Assembly: GCA_963738535.1 (NCBI GenBank)
Contig: CAVTXB010000004.1
Span: 110,916-174,915 of the forward strand
Length of the DNA: 64,000 bases
Source of the DNA: an uncultured Actinomycetota bacterium
Lineage (GTDB): Bacteria > Actinomycetota > Actinomycetes > Actinomycetales > Microbacteriaceae
Direction of reading: 5' to 3'
In this document: positions 59,489-64,000 of the stretch, one piece after another
How the letters are laid out: every line of letters starts with the position of its first letter
How positions within the stretch are numbered: the stretch's first letter is position 1
The notes under the pieces: model-generated
Database searches by the model: none
The model's input: the letters and a program-made list of their open reading frames with translations, nothing else
What the model was told of the DNA's origin: nothing
Translations under genes and position numbers: made by a program

Positions 59489-60571
59489 TCAGGTCGAGAC
59501 GGTGGGCACGAACCGCTGCCGCCCGGTGACCCGGGCCCAGACCGCGGCCCAGTTGACGGTGTACAGCGAGACACCGACGGCGAGCGCGATCGCCTGGATG
59601 ATGGTCTGGATCGCGGTCGAGACACCGAGTTCCAGCACGAACTGGTGGAGCTGCTCGAGGAACAGCGCGGCGATGACCGTCGAGAGCGGGAAACCGCGGC
59701 CGCCGAGCAGCGAGGTGCCTCCCAGCACCACGACCGCAACGGAGATGAGCAGGTAGCTGTCGCCCTCGAAGGCAGACGGCTGGGCCGTGATTCCCGCAAT
59801 CATGATGCCGGCCACGCAGTAGAGCAGCTGCGCCCAGACGTAGGCGGATGACCGGTGCAGCCTGACTCGGAGCCCCACCGCGCGCGCCGCGCGCGGGTTC
59901 GCGCCCACCGCTTCGAACCGGCGGCCCGCCACCGTGCGACGCACCAGCACCGTGACGAGCACGAGGGCGCCGAGGGCGAAGAAGACAGCGTTCGGGATGC
60001 CGAATGCCGAACCGCCGGTGATGGAGGCCAGCAGCGTGGTCGTGATGTACGGGTGCCCTCCCGAGATCGTGAGGTTGACGCCGTAGAGCACCGCGTTCAT
60101 GCCCAGGGTCGCGATGATCGGGTTGAGACCGAGCACGCCGATCATGAGTCCGTTCAGCACTCCGGCGACGATTGCGAACGCCAGCGCGAGCAGCACGTTG
60201 GGGAGCAGCTGGGAGTTAACGCCGTCGGGGTTGTGGGTGACGATGACGATGGCCAGCGACATCCCGCCGGCGACCGAGAGGTCGATGCCGCCCTGCTGGA
60301 TCGCGAGCATCTGGCCGAGCCCCGCGACCGCGAGCACGGCGGCGATGGGAAGCACACCCCCGGAGAGCGATGTGCCCGACACACTCGACGGGGCGATGAT
60401 CGCGCTGAGGATGTAGAGCAGCACCGTGGCGGTGCCAATGGTGATGAGCCCTTTGGAAATGGAAAAGCGCGCGGACTTCAGCCCCGTCACTTCCCGCTTC
60501 GTTGCGTCAGCCATTCGTGCTCCAGGTTGGTCATCCGCAACTTCGATGTGGCGAGATGTGTTGAGCGTCAC
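59489..60571 (-). CDS. Sugar ABC (CUT2) permease
   Basis: GGIDLSV, IIATLG, GANPRAARAVG and VVLGGTSLLGGRG motifs. Confidence 0.9.
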   Translation of the reverse strand: MTLNTSRHIEVADDQPGARMADATKREVTGLKSARFSISKGLITIGTATVLLYILSAIIAPSSVSGTSLSGGVLPIAAVLAVAGLGQMLAIQQGGIDLSVAGGMSLAIVIVTHNPDGVNSQLLPNVLLALAFAIVAGVLNGLMIGVLGLNPIIATLGMNAVLYGVNLTISGGHPYITTTLLASITGGSAFGIPNAVFFALGALVLVTVLVRRTVAGRRFEAVGANPRAARAVGLRVRLHRSSAYVWAQLLYCVAGIMIAGITAQPSAFEGDSYLLISVAVVVLGGTSLLGGRGFPLSTVIAALFLEQLHQFVLELGVSTAIQTIIQAIALAVGVSLYTVNWAAVWARVTGRQRFVPTVST

Positions 60572-60727
60572 TTTACAAAACTCCGTATCTGTTCACAATA
60601 GGTTTCGAATATTGGTTGCAAATTGTGTTGTTGGGAAGGCGGATTTGCAGGGTTTCTGAGCGAAAAAAGGCATTTCCGTTCGGTTGGTGCGGAAGGCGGG
60701 GTGTTAAGCCTGACGAATCCTGAGCGT

Positions 60728-61073
60728 TCAGTGAGACGAATGGTGGTCGATCCAGAGACCGACAAAGTTCACCCGGCCGACATTGCCCAGCACATGCGGC
60801 AGCGTCGAAGAGAAAACGATGGAGTCGCCCGCGCCGAGCACCGTGACACGCTGCCCGACAGTGACCTGGACCTCACCCGAGATGCCGAACCCCTATTCGT
60901 GGCCGGTGCGGCTGACCAACTCTCCGCCCGGTGCCGACATCGCTCCGGGCGCGTAGACGATCTGCGAACGAAACGACGCCGAGACATCCGCCTGCACCGC
61001 GGGTTGCTGCAGCGAGAGGCCCTGCTCGCGCCGCGAGCTGCGCAGTCGCGCGCCGAGCGTCGTCGCCCGCGGG
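60728..61073 (-). pseudogene. Decayed XRE-cupin regulator paralogue (internal deletion and TAG stop)
   Basis: Manual translation TTLGARLRSSRREQGLSL..QADVSASF.SQ/IVYAPG..HE*GFGISGEVQVTVG..GDSIVFSSTLPHVL..FVGLW aligns to 47607..48251. Confidence 0.8.
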
Positions 61074-61102
61074 ATCGAATCCCTGGGCCGTCGATCGCAC
61101 GG

Positions 61103-61981
61103 TCAGGCACCCAGCGGGTGTTGCTTTCGCGTGACTTCCGCCGTCGCCGACCAGTCGAGCTCGGCAAGCTCGGGGTCATGCAGGGTCGCAGCGTAGACCT
61201 GCTGAAGCACCGGCACCGACGGCAGGGCGAGGCCGTGCTCGTCAGCCGCCTGAGACACCAGCCCGAGGTCCTTCGCTCCGAGTGCGACAGTGAACTTCGG
61301 CTCGTAATCCCGCTCGGCGATCAGCTTGCCGTAGCCCGTGTACGCCGAGCCGGTGAACGCGACATCCGTGATGATTTCGACGAAGGTCGACGCATCCACA
61401 CCCCCGGCCTCGACCAGCGTCAGCGACTCCGCGAGCGCCTGGATCGCATGGATCAGGGTGAAGTTGACGGCGAGCTTCACGAGATTGGCGGTGCGCGGCG
61501 CGGACCCGAGGTTCCAGGTCTGCTTGCCGAGCACGTCGAGGTAGCGCTGCACCGACCCGATCGCGGCGGCGTCTCCTGCCGCGACGATGTTCAGCTGGCC
61601 GTCTGCGGCGACGTTCGGTCGGCCGAGCACCGGCGCGGCGACGTACCCGATTCCGAACTCGGCGTGCAGGGCCGCCTGGGCGTCGGCCGTCTGCACCCCC
61701 ACGGTGGCCATATTCACGTGCAGCGAGCCCGCGGGCGCTGCGGCGAGAACGTGCCGGCTGAACACCGAGGTCACTGCCGCGTCGTTCGCCAGCATCGAGA
61801 ACACCGGGCCTGCCGCGAACAGGTCGACCGGATCGTCGACCGCAATGGCCCCCTCGTCGACGAGCTCGTCGACGGGCCCCCGCGACCGGTTCCAGACGCG
61901 CACCGTGTGCCCGGCGGAGATCAACCGTCGGGCCATCCCCGACCCCATGCTGCCAAGCCCGGCGAACGTCAGCTCAGCCAT
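61103..61981 (-). CDS. Beta-hydroxyacid dehydrogenase family (6PGD/3-HIBADH-like) NAD(P) oxidoreductase
   Basis: GLGSMGSGMA, VWNRS, AAPVLGRP and VKLAVNF motifs. Confidence 0.88.
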   Translation of the reverse strand: MAELTFAGLGSMGSGMARRLISAGHTVRVWNRSRGPVDELVDEGAIAVDDPVDLFAAGPVFSMLANDAAVTSVFSRHVLAAAPAGSLHVNMATVGVQTADAQAALHAEFGIGYVAAPVLGRPNVAADGQLNIVAAGDAAAIGSVQRYLDVLGKQTWNLGSAPRTANLVKLAVNFTLIHAIQALAESLTLVEAGGVDASTFVEIITDVAFTGSAYTGYGKLIAERDYEPKFTVALGAKDLGLVSQAADEHGLALPSVPVLQQVYAATLHDPELAELDWSATAEVTRKQHPLGA

Positions 61982-62000
61982 GAATGCACTCTTCCATCGT

Positions 62001-63377
62001 CTACGCCTTCCAGATCGTCTTGAGGTTACAGAATTCGCGGATGCCCGCGGCGGCGAGTTCCCGGCCGTACCCGGAGTCCTTGATGCCGCCGAACGGCAGC
62101 TCGGGATACGACACGGTCATCCCGTTGATGAACACGGCGCCGGCATCCAGCTCCGCCGCGAACCGGTCCTGTTCTGCTTCGTCCGAGCTCCAGATGGCGG
62201 AGCTCAGTCCGAAGGTCGTGCCGTTCGCCAGGCGGATCGCCTCCTCGGCGGACTCGACCCGGTACAGGGTCGCCACCGGCCCGAAGGTCTCCTCGAGGTG
62301 GATGCGCATGGCGGGCGTCACTCCCGCGATGACCGTCGGCGGATAGAACCAGCCCGGTCCATCCGGTGTAATGCCGCCGGTCAGGGCCGACGCCCCTTTC
62401 GCCAGCGCGTCGTCGACGAGCTCGACCAGGTCGTCGCGCCCGCTCTCGGTCGCGACCGGGCCGACATCGGTGGTCTCGAGCATGGGATCACCGAGCCTCA
62501 GTGCCGCCATCCGACTGACGAAACTCTCCGTGAATCGCTCGTAGACATCGGAGTGCACGATGAATCGCTTCGCGGCGATACACGACTGACCGTTGTTTCC
62601 GGTGCGGGCGTTGACCGCGACCCGCGCGGCCTCCTCGATGTCGGCAGACGGCATGACGATGAACGGATCGGACCCGCCGAGTTCCAGCACCGCCTTCTTG
62701 ATCTGCTGCCCGGCCGACTGCGCCACCGCCCGCCCCGCCGGCTCGGAGCCGGTCAGGGTCACCGCCTTGATGCGCCGGTCGGTGATCACCGCATCCACCT
62801 CGCGCGACCCGATGAGGAGTGTCGAGAATGCTCCCTCGGGGAAGCCTCCGCGGGTGAAGACCGCGTCGAGATAGAGGGCGGACTGCGGCACGTTCGAGGC
62901 GTGCTTCAGCACCCCGGCGTTGCCCGCCATCAGCGCGGGTGCAGCGAACCGCACGACCTGCCAGAGCGGGTAGTTCCACGGCATCACGGCGAGCACGACG
63001 CCGAGGGGTTCGTAGCGGGCGAAGGCCCTCGAGGCGCCGACATCAGCGGGGGTTGCGAGCGGCTCATCGGCGAGGAACTTCGCGGCATTCGCGGCATAGA
63101 AGCGCATGTTCTTCGCGCACTTCAGCACCTCGGCACGGGCCGAGACCAGCGTCTTGCCCATCTCGCGGGTGAGGATCGGAGCGACCTCGTCGACCTCGGC
63201 CTCGAGCAGCCGCGCTGTGGCGAGCATCCACGCCGCCCGCTCGTCGTAGGTCGTCGACCGCAGTGCGGCCACGGCCGCGACCGCCCGTTCGATTCGACGG
63301 TCGACCTCCTGGGCCGTGTGCGGCTGGAAGGTCTTCTCGACGACGCCGGTTGCGGGGTTGGTTGATGAGATGGCCAT
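62001..63377 (-). CDS. gabD: NADP-dependent succinate-semialdehyde dehydrogenase-like ALDH
   Basis: MPWNYPLWQVVRFAAP, LKHASNVP, ELGGSDP and GQSCIAAKRF motifs. Confidence 0.85.
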   Translation of the reverse strand: MAISSTNPATGVVEKTFQPHTAQEVDRRIERAVAAVAALRSTTYDERAAWMLATARLLEAEVDEVAPILTREMGKTLVSARAEVLKCAKNMRFYAANAAKFLADEPLATPADVGASRAFARYEPLGVVLAVMPWNYPLWQVVRFAAPALMAGNAGVLKHASNVPQSALYLDAVFTRGGFPEGAFSTLLIGSREVDAVITDRRIKAVTLTGSEPAGRAVAQSAGQQIKKAVLELGGSDPFIVMPSADIEEAARVAVNARTGNNGQSCIAAKRFIVHSDVYERFTESFVSRMAALRLGDPMLETTDVGPVATESGRDDLVELVDDALAKGASALTGGITPDGPGWFYPPTVIAGVTPAMRIHLEETFGPVATLYRVESAEEAIRLANGTTFGLSSAIWSSDEAEQDRFAAELDAGAVFINGMTVSYPELPFGGIKDSGYGRELAAAGIREFCNLKTIWKA

Positions 63378-63417
63378 TGCTGTGCTTCCTTACTCTGTGT
63401 GTCGTCGTTCCTGGCGT

Positions 63418-64000
63418 TCAGGCGACGCGCTCGCCGAGCAGCAGCCCGGCATTCGAGGGGTGCGGCACCAGGTCGCCGGCCTCGATTCGGCGGGCCAGCT
63501 CGAGCACCCGGGCATTCACGGGTGCCGATCCGCCCAGCCGGTTCTGCTCCCGCACGACGAGGCCGTTGATTTCTTCGGTCTCGCCCCGGCGTCCCTTCAT
63601 CCAGTCCTGCAGGATGGTGGTCCTGGTGTCGTCCAGTGTGTAGTGCGTGAGCACGCGGTCGAGGAGCCGGCCGGCGAACCTGTCCGGCTCCGACAGGTCG
63701 ACGTCGTCGAGGCCGAAGATGGGTCGTGCGTGGTTTCCGAGCGCGAGGGCCGTGCGGATGGCCTCGCTGCCGGCCTCGGCCATGAGGTCTCTCATGCCGG
63801 GGAGCCGGGCGGCCGCGCCGAGCGGCAGGCCGAGCACCGCGGACGGCGCGAGCTCCGCGGCGTTGACGACCAGCTTCATCCACTTCGATGACCGGATGTC
63901 GTCGGAGATCTCCACGGTGCCCGCGCTGCCCAGAATGTCGGCCACCTCCTGTTCGCGACCTCGCGTCTGGTCCGAGAAACTGCCGACCGCGAACCAGGAC
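63418..64000 (-). CDS. Ketopantoate reductase (PanE/ApbA) family, C-terminal part
   Basis: KWMKLVVN, TTILQDWMKGRRGETEEINGLV and APVN motifs; the frame runs off the window. Confidence 0.82.
   Translation of the reverse strand, partial: SWFAVGSFSDQTRGREQEVADILGSAGTVEISDDIRSSKWMKLVVNAAELAPSAVLGLPLGAAARLPGMRDLMAEAGSEAIRTALALGNHARPIFGLDDVDLSEPDRFAGRLLDRVLTHYTLDDTRTTILQDWMKGRRGETEEINGLVVREQNRLGGSAPVNARVLELARRIEAGDLVPHPSNAGLLLGERVA

Overview
High-GC actinobacterial DNA; protein style and intergenic repeats suggest Microbacteriaceae, which is an inference. The window is almost entirely catabolic genes in three blocks. (1) About 3.6-25.1 kb is a xyloside/pentose regulon: GH3 and GH5 glycosidases, a LacI regulator, a CUT1 ABC importer, a complete oxidative Weimberg-type enzyme set, and ThuA/Gfo-Idh-MocA/tautomerase accessories. 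Five copies of a (C/A)GAAAT(G/A)TTT(C/A)G operator link it together. (2) About 26.7-39.3 kb is an isobutyrate/valine acyl-CoA cluster. It has no recognisable mmsA, carrying a generic ALDH, a class III CoA-transferase and a crotonase instead, and a DUF222-HNH gene and REP-like repeats lie between it and a MarR gene. (3) About 41.3-64 kb is an uncharacterised catabolic island and the best candidate for an undescribed pathway, possibly cyclitol or cyclic-ketone breakdown. It holds a fused E1-alpha/beta ThDP dehydrogenase plus E2, two VOC proteins, an orphan eboE, a PRISE-type enone reductase, three Zn dehydrogenases, a non-canonical M24 hydrolase, an SDR, a CUT2 ABC importer with a fused ATPase-permease, and an SSADH. 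An XRE-cupin regulator and its decayed paralogue are also present. Five genes have frameshifts, mostly single-base insertions that look like long-read errors. No rRNA, tRNA, CRISPR or transposase was seen. All product calls come from motif recognition by eye; no database search was run.
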